Shown: in pieces, positions 39,661 through 53,414 of the stretch
Layout of the letters: the number at the start of each line of letters is the position of its first letter
Position numbering within the stretch: the stretch's first letter is position 1
NCBI GenBank assembly: GCA_964016885.1
Contig: OZ024741.1
Location: forward strand, 157,852,001-157,916,000
Source: Eledone cirrhosa
Lineage: Eukaryota
Length of the DNA: 64,000 nt
Direction: 5' to 3'
Translations under genes and position numbers: made by a program
The notes under the pieces: generated by a model
The model's database searches: none
Told to the model about the DNA's origin: nothing
Seen by the model: the letters and a program-made list of their open reading frames with translations, nothing else

Positions 39661-39917
39661 TGACAGCAGCAGACCGGGTTTCATAACTATTCTGAGCCCT
39701 TGTCCCCTAACAAGTCAGCCCACTGTTCATTAATATGAAAAGATAAGGTGTGTTCCATTTTCATGTCAATCCTTGTGTAGTGGTTATGACTTCAGTTTTT
39801 GGGGACGTTTTTCCAAATTTTTTTTTTTTTTCTGCACCCCAGTCCATTTCTGCATGCTTACATACATATATAGACAATGATTCCCCCCCCCCCTACCATA
39901 CACCCACAAACAGATAT

Positions 39918-40300
39918 AGTAACTCTTAATGACCTGTACTGCATGAATCACATTAGCAAGGCATTCTTAAAAAGTACAAAACAGCACTATGACTGCATTT
40001 CATTAAAAATTCAAGTATTTATTTTGGGCTACTGAAAATTTTCACTATGATTTATCCAGTAGTAAAGATATTTTAAACATTTGAATTAACAAACCACATG
40101 AAATTTCATTAACAAGACATTCTTGAAAAATACAAAACAGCCCTTTGACTGCATCACATTAGAAATTAAAGACTTTACTTTAATATTGCAAATTTTCACA
40201 ATAGTCTGTCTCATTGTAAAGATACTATAAACATTTGAATTAACAAAATTGTTTCTTTTAGACCTTTTCTGCTAAATCATTACAGGATGATAAAAGTTAA
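39918..40300 (+). mobile_element. MITE with ~140-bp internal repeat, piggyBac-like ends
   Basis: TAACTCTTAATGACCTGTA...TACAGGATGATAAAAGTTAA termini; the internal unit ATTAGCAAGACATTCTT...CTGCAAATTTTCAC...TAAAGATA occurs twice. Related copies at about 44680-44878, 49670-49790 and 50212-50560. Confidence 0.6.
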
Positions 40301-40438
40301 CAACATACATCAACATTGATGTTTGTTCTATTACTCTATGAATTTAACCATTGCTGTTTAACCCTGTTTGTGGCTTGAAACCCGTCATTAGTCAATACGT
40401 TTTTTGCCCATGTTCTGCTTTTTTTCTGTTTGCTGCAG

Positions 40439-41330
40439 GATGACTCTCCCGAACCCCCCAGGCCCAGGGGATGATGGACACACACAATCAGACACACAAA
40501 CAGCAGGAGTGACCTTCCCAGATAACCCTTAACTGCTGCTGCTGCCGCTGCTGCTCTTTGTGGCTGCTACAGACAGCTGCTGTAGGCGGGAGTAAACAAA
40601 CAGTCTGAAAAGTTTTCAAAATCTCAACAATCAGCAACCAACACCACCTTCATTCATTCATTTCCTTCCTGCATGCCAAATAATATAAATATATAAATAG
40701 TTGCATAACTTAATGGATGTTGCTATTATTATTGATTATTATTTATTTATTATAATAATTATTATTATTATTATTAATAATTTTTTTCTATCAAATCTTA
40801 CCAATCCTTCTGCCATATCCACTCTGCACACACCTGTATATCTTTTTATAATCTAATCTCAGTATGTGTGTGTGTGTGTGTGTGTGTGTGGTATACACGC
40901 ACACACATATCTAAACACACCTGCACATATATATTTGTGTTTTATGTGTATGTGTGAGTGTTCCTTATGCCCAGTATTAGAATGCTTTAATTTGCCCCTG
41001 CCTTTACTCTAAGAACACCCAGCCACCATGGGTTTTCACATCCTTAATCCCACTATCTCACTTGTTCCCTTATATACACAAGCACACACTTGCTTTCATA
41101 TACATATATACTTATGCACACGTGTGTATATATACATACACAAACACACACACACGTATATATAAAGCTTTAAAAAAAAGTATTTTTTTAATTTTGTTTT
41201 GGGCCCTCTAGAAAGCATGTCTTGATCCCTTTCTACTTTAACTAAAATATTTTTGTTTGTTTTGAAATCCATTAAAAAAAAAGAAAAAGATAAATCATAC
41301 GTATTTCAAGAAATAAAAATAATAAAAATT
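40439..41330 (+). other. ITSN: Putative terminal exon and 3' UTR of the short intersectin isoform
   Basis: Strong acceptor TTCTGCTTTTTTTCTGTTTGCTGCAG|GATGA. With the leftover T of the SH3 exon this reads TGA TGA. It is followed by unique, transposon-poor UTR-like sequence with CTG runs and AATAAA signals near 41312-41327. The 3' end is uncertain. Confidence 0.6.
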
Positions 41331-43532
41331 AAAATTTCAAACATCAACACTTAAATCTTCTCTACTCCTAATAGATCACCAAACACAGCAACCTCTAAAG
41401 CACTCATACTTTCTACTCTATATATCTCTTTTTCTTTATCTCTTTTCTATTGTCTCGGTCTTTTTCCATCATTTTCTCATTAGATTTCACACTTATATAT
41501 ATGTTATACACACACACAAACCACTGGAAAAACAGATGTAAAATGATGAGATATATATATATATATTATTATATATATATATATTTAATTTAGATTTTAA
41601 GTAGTATGTGTGTGCATACATGTATATAAATATAATCATATTATTTGAGAGAAAAATGTGTCACAACGGATTTTCCTCTTCAATGAGATTAAAACCCTTG
41701 TTTGATCTGGCATACATGATATCCAGATCTGGAGAGGGTGGGGCCCCAACAGGTTTAAAAGGCGTATGACATACTGCCATTCTATAAAGAGTTAAAGGCC
41801 CATGATTGGATAAGATATTTCATATTTAACCTGATGCATATGATATATCTCATATTTAGTCTGGTGTGTATTATCACATTTGGTGCAGTGTGTGATATAT
41901 CATATTTGGTCTTGTGTATATGTCATATTTAGTGTGATGTGTATATATATATATTAGTTGATCTGGTGTATATGTGATGTGTCTAGTTTATCTAGTATAT
42001 GATCTCTCATATTTGGTTTTGTGTATATGTTGATCTGGTGTATGATATGTAATGTGGAGATTTGTCATATTCTAACCAAAAAAACATTGTGAAATGTAGT
42101 GTAGATATAATTATTAAAACTTTTCTCATCCCTAATGATGAGGTCAATCTAAAGAAATTCTAATCTTATTAACACCTCATCTCATACATTTAGATATTTG
42201 TTTCAGATGGATTTTTGTTTGCTTTTGTTCTTAATATTAATATATATTTAATGTTAAATGCTACTAATGTTTAAAAATATAATATTAAATGTTTTGGAAG
42301 TATAGATCATCATCATTTAACAGTCATTTTTTTTCTCCATGCTGGCATGTGTTGGACTGGTCATTGCAGACCAAGTCAGTACTTAATCAGAGCTCCTGTC
42401 CTCTCAGACAGGGTGTGGGGCATATCTCACTTGCATATGTTCTAGTTTTGGCATGGTTTCTACATCTGGATGTCTATCCTTTCACTAAATATTTTACAGT
42501 GTGTTCTGGATGCATTTTATTATGGCACCAGCTCTAGGGAGTTTGTGATAATGAAATTGTGTACAGTGTTCAGGTACACTACAACTGTCATGTCTTTGAC
42601 ACAAGTGAAGAGTCCTCTTAACTCTTTATTTGGCATGGATTCTATGGCTGGGAGCCTTCCTAACACCAACCATTTTAGAGTGAACTGGGTACATTTGTGT
42701 AAAACCAATCTACATATGTATTAAACTGCTATAGGAAAAAAAAAGATAGCTGAATTGAGTAAGGTATTTGCAATGTGGAAGGTTTTTCTGGTGCAAGGGG
42801 AAGGCTTTGTAGTGTAGGTTGGAGTTATGTCTGCAATGTGGTAAAAGATGGCAGGGATAAACAGTTGCAATTACATAAATGCTTAACCCTTTTGTTGCCA
42901 TATTTCTAATGAAAGACAACCTATAATTTTCAAATCATTTTGAAAATAATCATGATTTAGTAAAATAACTTCCCCATTATTAAGTTGGTGTTTGGAACAT
43001 AACTTAACAAAGGTTCTTATGAAAAATAAGGATGGAAGTTTTTCAGATAAATATAAACCCCCTAAAACAAAAAGCTTCATATAGAAGCCAAGGGCAGTTT
43101 CAGGTGATTTGATATCAAAATGTTTAAATAGGCATAATTCAAAGAAAGTAGAAATGAGACAACAGGTGATGGGTTTAGTTGACATGTTGTAAGTGGTAGT
43201 AAATTCCATCATAAAAGTCAAAACTTCAATATATCGTTAAGAAAAATACATTTTTTCTTTCAAATTTCATTTACATATTCTTTACAAGCTTTTATTGCTA
43301 TATATATGTATATATATTCACATGTGTGTGAATATGTATGCATGCATGTGTATGTGTGTATATATATATATATATATACACACATATATATATATATATT
43401 TAAATGATTAATTAATTAGAAGTGTGGTGGTAGCATCACCATGATTAATTTATTGAAGTGTAAGCAGGATTTAGCATTCCATCTATGATATGGATCCATA
43501 TAAGCTGGTACATAATGGTCTATTGTTAATAT

Positions 43533-43958
43533 AAATGATCATGAAGACAGGGTTCTATTTTTTCATATTTTAATTCATTCAATAAACTATCATTTTGTGC
43601 ATTTCCAGATATGTCTGTTGGCCATTACATGATGTGTTTCTGGTAAACATGCCTTTGTTAGACAGCTGGCAGAAGATAAATATAAAGAATTACATAATGT
43701 TGGTGACATATTGGACTGAAAATTGTCCAACACAAAACATTAATGAATCAACTTTGAAGTACTGTTTTGGACAATTTCCAGTCCAATATGTCACCACAAT
43801 ATGTAATTCTTATATTTGTCATTAGCCAGCTGTCTAAGGAATGCATTTCTGTCTGAAATACATTACATAATGGCCAACAGAAATATCTGAAAATGTTCAT
43901 GATAGCACTTTATTGAATTAAATTATGAAAAAATAGCACCCTGTCTTTGTGATCATTT
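43533..43958. mobile_element. Foldback MITE (about 200-bp imperfect inverted arms)
   Basis: AAATGATCATGAAGACAGGGT...GGTGACATATTGGACTGAAAATTGTCCAA is complementary to TTGGACAATTTCCAGTCCAATATGTCACC...ACCCTGTCTTTGTGATCATTT. Confidence 0.8.
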
Positions 43959-44570
43959 ATACATTGCCTGAGAAATAAATAACACTACCGAATATATGGT
44001 CTCTAAGACTTATCCTAGAGTAGGCTGTGAAATTTTTGGTAGCATGCAGCTGTGTTGAGAATATATTTATAATATATATATATATATACACACACACACG
44101 TATATATATATATATATACATATGCACATACACACCCACATTTTATTTATATACATATATATAATGAGGGTGTGTATGCATGTGTACATGTATGTATATA
44201 TTTATCTGTGTCTGTAAGTCATCATTTTACATCTGTTTTCTATGCTGGCATGGATTGGACAGGTTGACACAGTCAGAGACTAGACAGCTCAGTCTACCAT
44301 GTTGTACTCATACGTTCCATTTTGGCAGGATTTCTACAGCTAGATGCCTTTAATGCCAATCACTTTACAGAGCATACTGGGAGCATTTCTTGTGGTATAA
44401 GCACCGAGTTAGCAGTGTGTATTTAGGTGCATTTTATTGTGGAGCCAGCAATATAATATATGTAGATAGGTTTATATACATCAGCAACTGTTCTTTGTTG
44501 CTCTCCCTCTCTCTCACCTTTCAATCTTCATTTCCACAATCTTACTGGGTCTTCTGTCTGTATATTTGTT

Positions 44571-44610
<40 letters not shown>

Positions 44611-45356
44611 GGAGTGGGCGAGTTGTTAATGCCTAATATTTTGTGTTTTTAGTTTTCTTTTAATTCCTTACGTTTTGTGCCACATGAAACATTAGCAAAA
44701 CATTCTTAAAAGGGACAAAACAGCACTACGATTACATCACATAAAAAATTTAAGTCTAGTCTAATACTGCAAATTTTTACAATGATCTGTCCTCTTCTAA
44801 AGATACCATCAATATTTGAATTCATAAGTCCATTTTAAAATATTTTCTCCTAGATCATTACAGAGTGTTAAGAGTTAAACCTTTATTTCTCTTTTTTTTT
44901 TTTTCTTTTTCTGTTGGTTCTCTTTCACATTTCACACATGTGCAATACTAATCATATTAATCGCTTTGATACCAACCAACCTGCCTGAGACCCCCCCCCC
45001 CCCCATTCTAAATAAACTTCCTATTTTAAAGTATTCATATATAAATTGAAACCTAATTTATGTAAAGCCATTTTGTTATGTTCCACATAACAGCTTAATA
45101 ATAAAAAGTGAGTTATTTCACTAAATTCTTCAAAGTTCTTCAGTCTTTTCAAAATTAATTTAAAAAACATAGAAAGAAATATAGTCCTGAAAGAGTGAAA
45201 CTAGGTTATATGTAACCTGGAACTACTTTTGTCTTTACGAAAGCAGGAGAAAAAACACCTTAAGATTTCTTAAGAGCATATTTAACCCTTTCATTACTAT
45301 ATTTCTAATGAAAAACATTCCATCTGGTTTAACCTTTTCATTACCATATTTCTAAT

Positions 45357-45492
45357 GATAATTTTCATGTAATTTTCATGATGCTGATAATTTTCATGTA
45401 ATTTTCATGATGCTGATAATTTTCATGTAATTTTCATGATGCTGATAATTTTCATGTAATTTTCATAATGCTGATAATTTTCATGTAATTTT
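45357..45492 (+). repeat. 29-bp tandem repeat (about 4.6 copies) inside a MITE
   Basis: GATAATTTTCATGTAATTTTCATGATGCT repeated perfectly or nearly so. Confidence 0.9.
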
Positions 45493-45669
45493 GAAAATGA
45501 TCCAAATTTGGAGGGATTTAGTATATAGCTAATTTAGCTGGGGTTTGGAACAAAGGTTTTACATAAAATCATGATGGAAGGTTTTAAATAAATAAATACT
45601 TTTCAAAATAGTTTTGTATCATATAACTAAGGGTGGTTTCTGGTAGTTTGGTTTCAAAAGAGTTAATTA

Positions 45670-48600
45670 TAGCCTCTTTACATTGAGTTCATATCCTACT
45701 GAGGTTATCCTTGTCTTTTATCCTTGTTGGGGGTCAATAGAATAAAATACCTGTCAAGTACTAGGGTCAATGCATTCAACTGTTCCTGTCTCCCTCCCCA
45801 AAATTTCTGACCTTTTGCCTATGTTAGAAATTATTGAGAATAGTAGATTGGCAGATTTGTTAGAGCATTGAACTAAGTGCCTTTTGGTATTTATTCCAAC
45901 TCTTTACAATCTGAGTTAAAATCTTACCTCTCATCCTTATTGGGTCATTAAAATAAAGTACCAATAATACACTGGGGTTGATTTAGTCGACTTTCCTCTC
46001 CCCCAAAATTGTTGGCTTTGTGCCTAAATCAGAATCCATTATTATTATTATTATTTTATCTGCTGTAGAAGATAAAATCTGAAGTATGTTGGACAAAATT
46101 CCTTTATAATATTAAATTACAAGTTTTTACATTTTAAGTTAAACTCCTACCATGGTCAACTTTACCTTCCATCCTGTCAGGACCTGTCAAGTGCTGGGGG
46201 GAGGTGCAGTATAATCAATTGTTCCTCTCCCTCATGTCCCTAAAAGAATTTATGGCATTGTGACTATGCTTGAAATTATTATTAGCGTGGTGGATTGGTA
46301 GAATTGGTACAATGCCAGAAAAATTACTTGGCACTTTTAACCCTTTAGCATTTAAACTGGCCATATCTGGCCAGAATTCTCTCGCCTTTTTCTGTTCAAA
46401 CTGGCCACTCATACTGATGTTAAGGTATTGTTCTCGAAATAAATAACACCAAAATCTCATAGATTCAATATTATGTGAGATAAAGGCTGTACCATGAAAA
46501 TACAACAGTATATATAGATTAATGTAAATACTAGCAAGTTAAGTTATATTCCTTTATATGCTTAGCTGAAATACCAGTGGGAACAATTTTTTACTTATAA
46601 TAATTATATTTGTGCAATAGGTGGCGCTACTACTGTATTAATGTTGAGTTTTCACTGGTTTCATCATTTACTAGTTGCTTTTAATAGATAAAGACATAAA
46701 CATCACAAACTCTTGTGTCCATCTTCCTCTAAGTCTTGAGTTGAGGGTCTTGTGTTTATGTAAATGTATAAGAAAACCAAATCACTATTATCGTTATCTT
46801 TATTATTAAAGGCATTGGAGATTGCTGAGCTAATACAGCATAAAGGTACACAGCCTAGTAGTTAAAGTATTAGACTTACAATCATAAGGTCATTGGTACA
46901 TTGTATTTTTGAGAACGACACTTCATTTTACATTACCTTTCATGATAGAATTTGTAATTCTATCATTAAAATACTGAAACTTCCTATGAGGTGTAACCTT
47001 GTAGGATGGCAGCTAAACCTGCATAGCTGTGAGCTGTAAGTTTCATTTCAGATATTAGAGCTCCAGACGAGCTGATTCCCAGCATTTAATTTTGTAGTGC
47101 CATAGTTTCTGAATTCAAATTCTGCTAAGATCGGCTTTTGGTCTTTCATCTCCTTTCAGATTGAGACAGCAAGAGATATATTTTGGGAGACTGACTACAT
47201 ATCGAACTCTTTAGACACAAATATCAAATGAGGCTTCTGGTATTTAGTGAGGTCCCTTGTGTTCTGGAATATAGTTCTTGCTAGAATCAAATTTGCCTTG
47301 TATCTCAATTGATTTTTTGACACCACTTCACCTATAAATTTGTCACCTTGTACTGTGAAAAAAAAAATCACTATTATTATTTTGGCAGTGGCTTGACAGA
47401 ATCATTAGAGCATTAAATAAAATGCATTGCAGTTTTTGTTTGGGATCTTTACATACTCGAGTTCTAATCCCACTGAAGACAACTTTATCTTTCATCCTTA
47501 AGGGTCAATAATATTGCTGGCTTTATGCCTAAGTTAGAAATTATTATTATATAAAGAATTCATTATCCTTATTATTATTATTAAGGCGGTGGATTGGCAG
47601 TATCAGTAGAGGGTCGGACGCCATGCTTTCCAGCGTAGTTACGTCCCTTTATGATCTGACTTCAAATCGTGCCGAGGTTAACTTTGCCTTTCATCCTTAC
47701 GGGGTCGATAAAATAAAGTACCAGGAATACACTGGATAATTGCTGGCCTTGTGCCAAAAGTAAAAACAGTTATTATTATTATTATTGGCAGAATCGGTAA
47801 AGCATCAGACACCATGCTTTGAGGCATAGTTATGGACCTTTACATTCTGAGATCAAATTCCACCGAATTTAGCTTTGCGTTTCATCCTTACGGGGTCGAT
47901 AAAAAAAAATAAAAAAAAAAGCACCAGTAATGCACGGGGTCGATTTTAATCGACTTTCCTCTCCCCTTCAAATTGCTGGCCTTCTGCTTAAAGTAGAAAC
48001 AATTATTATTTCTAACTCTGTTAGGATAAATAATACTTTTGTTTCGAGTTCAAATTCTTTTAAGTCAATTTACTTTCGGTAGGTGAAGGGGAGTTGATAA
48101 AATAAATACCAGTAATATACTCACATCAATTCAAAACTCCTATACTCCCCTCTCCCCTATAAATTAATGACCTGCGCTAATTGCCAGAGTGCATTGTTCT
48201 TGTTTTATTTTTGTTGTTGTTTTATATAATTTTGTATGTACTTGCCTCTGCCTACATGTTTTGTAACACGTATGTATGAACTGGCCCTAGTGGCAAAATA
48301 AAAGATACCATTATTATTATTATGATAATGAACAGATTATTATTTTTTAATTTCATTAGTCTTATTTTCATTGCATGCTGTCATGGCATGGCCAAGCACA
48401 GCTCTGTGTGACTTAGTATGTGCAGTGTTGTTTTTGGTGTTATTTCTTGTGTGAGTACTCCACAATATGGATGTGCAGTACTTAGTAGTACTATTTTCTG
48501 TATGTTGTTTATATTTGTAAATCTTGGGCTTTTTGTTAAGTATCTAGTGGGCCTATTATTATTAGGACAATAGATTGGCAGAATCATTAAAGCATCAGTT

Positions 48601-49180
48601 GAAATGCTTTGCAGCATTTGTTGTGGGTCTTTGTTCTGAGATCAAATTTCCACCCTACCTCTGAAATCAACTTAAGTTTTCATCATTCTGGGGTTCGTAG
48701 AATATAGTATCAGTAAAGCACTGGGCTTGATTTAATCGACTTTCCCTTCAAATTGCTGGCCCTGTGCCAAATGTAGAAACAATTAGTATAATTAAGGTGG
48801 TGGGTTAGCAGTCATTAAAGCATTTGTTCCTATTCTTTATGTTCTGAGTTCAAATCCTGCAATGATCAACTTTGCCTTTAAGCCTTTCAAAGTCAAATAA
48901 AATACCAGTAAGATACTGCAGCTGGTATAATTGACTTTCAACACAAATTGCTGGCCTTGAGCCTAAATTATAAATCATTATTATTAAAGTGGTGGATTGG
49001 CGAAATTAGAGTGTCGGAGAAAATGCCTTGTAGTATTTAGTTACAGCCTTATATGTCCAAGTTTTGCCTTTCATTCTTTTCAAAGTCAAAGTAAAGGTTC
49101 AATCAAATACTGGATATCATGATATATTTAAATGTTCCCTCTTACTCTGGCCTTTGTCTTTCTAATAGATTATTATTACT
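45670..49180 (+). mobile_element. Dense head-to-tail cluster of family A SINEs (about 12 copies of varying age)
   Basis: Cores at about 45710, 45925, 46160, 47130, 47285, 47485, 47683, 47875, 48070, 48670, 48870 and 49065, many joined through (ATT)n tails. Confidence 0.8.
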
Positions 49181-50053
49181 ACTATCATTATACATTTAAT
49201 ATATTTAAAGAGAAAAAAATATGCTTTTAAATTATTTTATTCACCTTTTTCATTATTATTAAGAAGGTAAATTGGACGTTAAACGAAGATGATGAAGGTA
49301 AACTATATATACATGCATATGATAGTATAAATATGTGGCCTAGTGGTTAGAGTATCGGTCACATCAACATAAGGCTGTGGCTTCAATTCCTGCGCCAAGC
49401 AACATGTGTTCTTGAACAAGACACTTCATTTTGTGTTGCTTTTCATTATTGGTCCAGAAATATCCTAAGCAATACAACCTTGTGGGAGGTCAGCTAAACC
49501 TACAAAGGTGTGAGCTTTATATTTCATTTTTACATGTGCGTATATATATATATATATATATATAGCATTAGAAACAGTAATATCACTGATAAAATAGAAG
49601 GTACTGAGTACTTAAAGAAATATCTCAAATATTACAGTTAAATTACACACGCATGCATGCACCACGTTATACCACATTAGCCAGACATTCTTAAAAAGTT
49701 TGAAACATTGCTATGACTTCATTACATTAGAAAATAATGTCTTTAGTTTGCTGCAAATTTTCACAATGATCTGACCACTTGTAAAGATACACACACACAC
49801 ACACATACCAACTCAAACTATACAATACTCAGTATTTTATTCAAAAGCTAAAAAAGTGATATTTTCTTTTTTTTTTCTATTTCTCTTTTTTCTTTTTTTT
49901 TTTTTCTTTTTTTCTTTTTTTCTTTTTCTTTTTCTTTTTCTTTTTCAATGCCATCATGGAAAAAAAAAACATTTTTACTTACGTTAATCAGTAGTGTAGC
50001 AATTTCGTAACTAATGTTGTTATTTGGGTGATTTTTTTTTTGATTTTTTTTTC

Positions 50054-50089
<36 letters not shown>

Positions 50090-50624
50090 TTTTTAAAAGC
50101 ATCTTTATATTGCTCAATCTCCTTCTGGAGTATTTCCTTCTTTTTTGTCTTCCTTCATCTATTCCTTCTTTCCCACCTCTTCCTTTCTCAAATATTATAT
50201 TTCCATCCTTATTTAAACTCCTAACATCCTGTACAAGTGAAAAAACATTAGCAAGACATTCTTGAAAATTACAAAACTGCACCATGATTGCATCACATTA
50301 AATATTAAAGTCTTTACTTTAATTTACTGCAAATTTTTACAACAATCTGACCTCTATTAAAGATATGACACCACATTTGCAAGACATTCTTGAAAAGTAC
50401 AAAACAGTACTAATTGCATCACATTAAAAATGGTCCTTACTCACATACTGCAAATTTTCACAAGGATTTGTCCACTAGTAAAGGTACTATAAACATGTGG
50501 ATTAACAAACTTGTTTTTAGATATTTTCTCTTAAATCATTATAGAATGTTAAGAGTGAAACATTTAAAATTGTTTTTATTATTGACTGACAAGTTATGTG
50601 TGTGCTTATATTATATATGTAATG

Positions 50625-50832
50625 TTGGCAATATCTGTAGAGCGTTGGACACCATGCTTTGCAGCATAGTTATGGCTCTTTACGTTCTGAGTTCAAATCC
50701 CGCCGAGGTTAGCTTTGCCTTTCATCCTTACAGGCTTGATAAAATAAAGTACCATTAATGCACCGGGGTCGATTTTAATCAACTTTCCGCTCACCCCAAA
50801 TTGCTGGGCTTGTGCCTAAAGTAGAAATCATT
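50625..50832 (+). mobile_element. tRNA-derived SINE (family A)
   Basis: Complete head, B-box GAGTTCAAATCCCGCCGAGG, core and tail. A 5'-truncated copy lies at about 52205-52335. Confidence 0.85.
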
Positions 50833-51122
50833 ATATATATAAAACATATTTATTTTCTGAAGAGAAAAGCGGCAATGATTTGAAAGTTTCAGCTAGGTCA
50901 CATCTGACAGCTAGATGAAGTGACCAAGCTGAAACTTTGCCACGTTTCTACTCAGAAACTAAAATTTACACTCTACCTACATGTATTGAGTGCTTATTCA
51001 GTTAATGCCTGAATGTTTTAAGTACTACCATATTTTGAACAACCATTCTAATATATACATATATATATAATATCATCATCAGTGTTTTTACATCTGTTTT
51101 TCCATGCTTGCATGTATGTGTT

Positions 51123-51163
<41 letters not shown>

Positions 51164-52713
51164 ATGCGCGTCTGGTTTAAAATAGGTGCACCATATCCCT
51201 GTGTGCCATAAGAAGAGGCTAAAACAGTTAATGTCAGGAAGGGCATCTGACTGGAAAACATCGCCTAAAAACCTTGTCGTCCAACCCATGCCAGCATGGA
51301 GAGGTTGACATAGAAACAATAATGATGATATATACAACAAAATGCCAACTATTAAAAACAAACTTTGCACCCCTGGACTGTCTATCCAATCTTCCTCTCC
51401 ATAGCTTGAAGAAAATCAGTGTCTGTACTTCTTTTTCACCTCCAATTACATATATTTTTTTTTTATATGCATATATGTGTATGCATGTATATATATATAT
51501 ATGTGTGTGTGTGCACATATATATGTATATAGATAGATAAATAGATGCATATATCATCATTTATCTTCCATTTTCCCTGCTTGCAAGGGTTGGACGGGTC
51601 GTCACAGACCAAGTCAGTACTTAATCAGAGCTACTGAATTCTCAGATGGGCTGGGGGACCCACATCTCTCTTTCATATGTTCCTGTACTCTATTGTGGCA
51701 TTGGTATATGTATATACAGTAGAGCCTACAGTAAGGTTGGTGGTTGAACTATATAATAGAGCTGATAGTATGGTTGATAGTTGACCCATACAATAGAGCT
51801 GATAGTATGAGTGGTGGTCAACCAATATGGTACAGATGGTGGTTGACCAATACAGTTGATATATACTTAAAGAATTTTCAGCTAAGAATCTTAACTTGAG
51901 ACAGATATTTATATGCACACACACATATACATATGTACTTTTTGCAAATTGTATTTTGAATAAAGTACTTATTACATATAGTATCAATTATATATATATA
52001 TATATTATTTGAAGATACATTTGCTTTTTGAAAAGCCACCATAATACAGTCGAATAAGTCTAGTAAATAACACCATGAGATGGAAAGTGAACTAGTGGTG
52101 TTTATATATATATATAATGCTACAAAGTGAAAAAGTACAGTGTTGTTGTGTTGTAGTAAATATGTTACAAACAACCAGTGTATACCAAAGATTATTATTT
52201 TTTTGTCCCTTTACGGTCTGAGTTCAAATCCCGTCGAGGTTAACTTTGCCTTTCATCCTTACGGGGTCGATAAAATAAAGTACCAGTAATGTACTGGGTA
52301 ATTGCTGGCCTTGTGCCAAAAGTAGAAACAATTATTTTTTATTACAAAAAATAATACACATAAAATAAATATAAACATTATGATGGAACTTATGCCTACA
52401 GGATGTCTGTAATTTGGTAATAAGCATGTTTTGTTTGTTTGCATGTTTTTCAAATATAATATATACATATACAAAGTGTTTAGTTATATACTTCATGGAT
52501 TGTAAAAGAAATATCTTCTGATAAAATTACAAACTATCAAAACTCGGGTTGAGCTATTCACTCTTTTCTCAATCTATGGAGAAATACATAAACAAGATAT
52601 GTTTACAGATGTAAATATGTGTTTACATACACAATTTTTGCAGCTTCAATTAAATCCTCTACTGTTTATGTACAGATATGAATTTATTGCATACCCCAGC
52701 TGCTTAGTGCACA

Positions 52714-52748
<35 letters not shown>

Positions 52749-53414
52749 ATGGTTTGTAAAGAAAAATATCATTTTCAGGTTGTTGAGTATTATTGATTGT
52801 TGGCTACTTCTGAATAATGCAGTATTTCTTGTAGAAGGCAATGTTTTTTTTCCAAAATCAGTTTGGGAAAACCTTGCATTTTAGATGCCAAAGGTTACAT
52901 TAGTCATTTTAGGTTAAAATCTTTCAAAATTTAGCCACACAAAATGGAAGTGTGTCTATGAAGTCAGAAAGTGTTTGACACAGTAATTTGTGTATTATTC
53001 CTGAAATCATTTCTGGTAACATTTTATAGATCTACACTACTATATTCTGTAGTTCACTCTATCATGGAGTGAAGAAAATAGTATCCTTATTAATTTATCA
53101 TAAATTATGAGATAATGTTGATATTTAATTAGTATGTAATAGTGACATTTTCACATGTTGTCTATTATTGCATGCTTATTTGTTTGGATTTGTTTTTTAA
53201 ATAACTATTTGAAAGTCTATAAAGTTACTTGTGTGAATATAGATGTGTGTGTGTATATATTTATACATATATATATATATATATATAGATATATATACAT
53301 ATATATATATAGATATATATACATATATATATAGAGATATATACATATATATATATAGATATATATACATATATATATATAGATATATATACATATATAT
53401 ATATATAGATATAT

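Noticed and set aside
47161-47230. Possible intersectin DH-domain exon after TTTCAG
   Set aside because: It lies in degraded SINE sequence, hits stops quickly and shows no convincing DH similarity.
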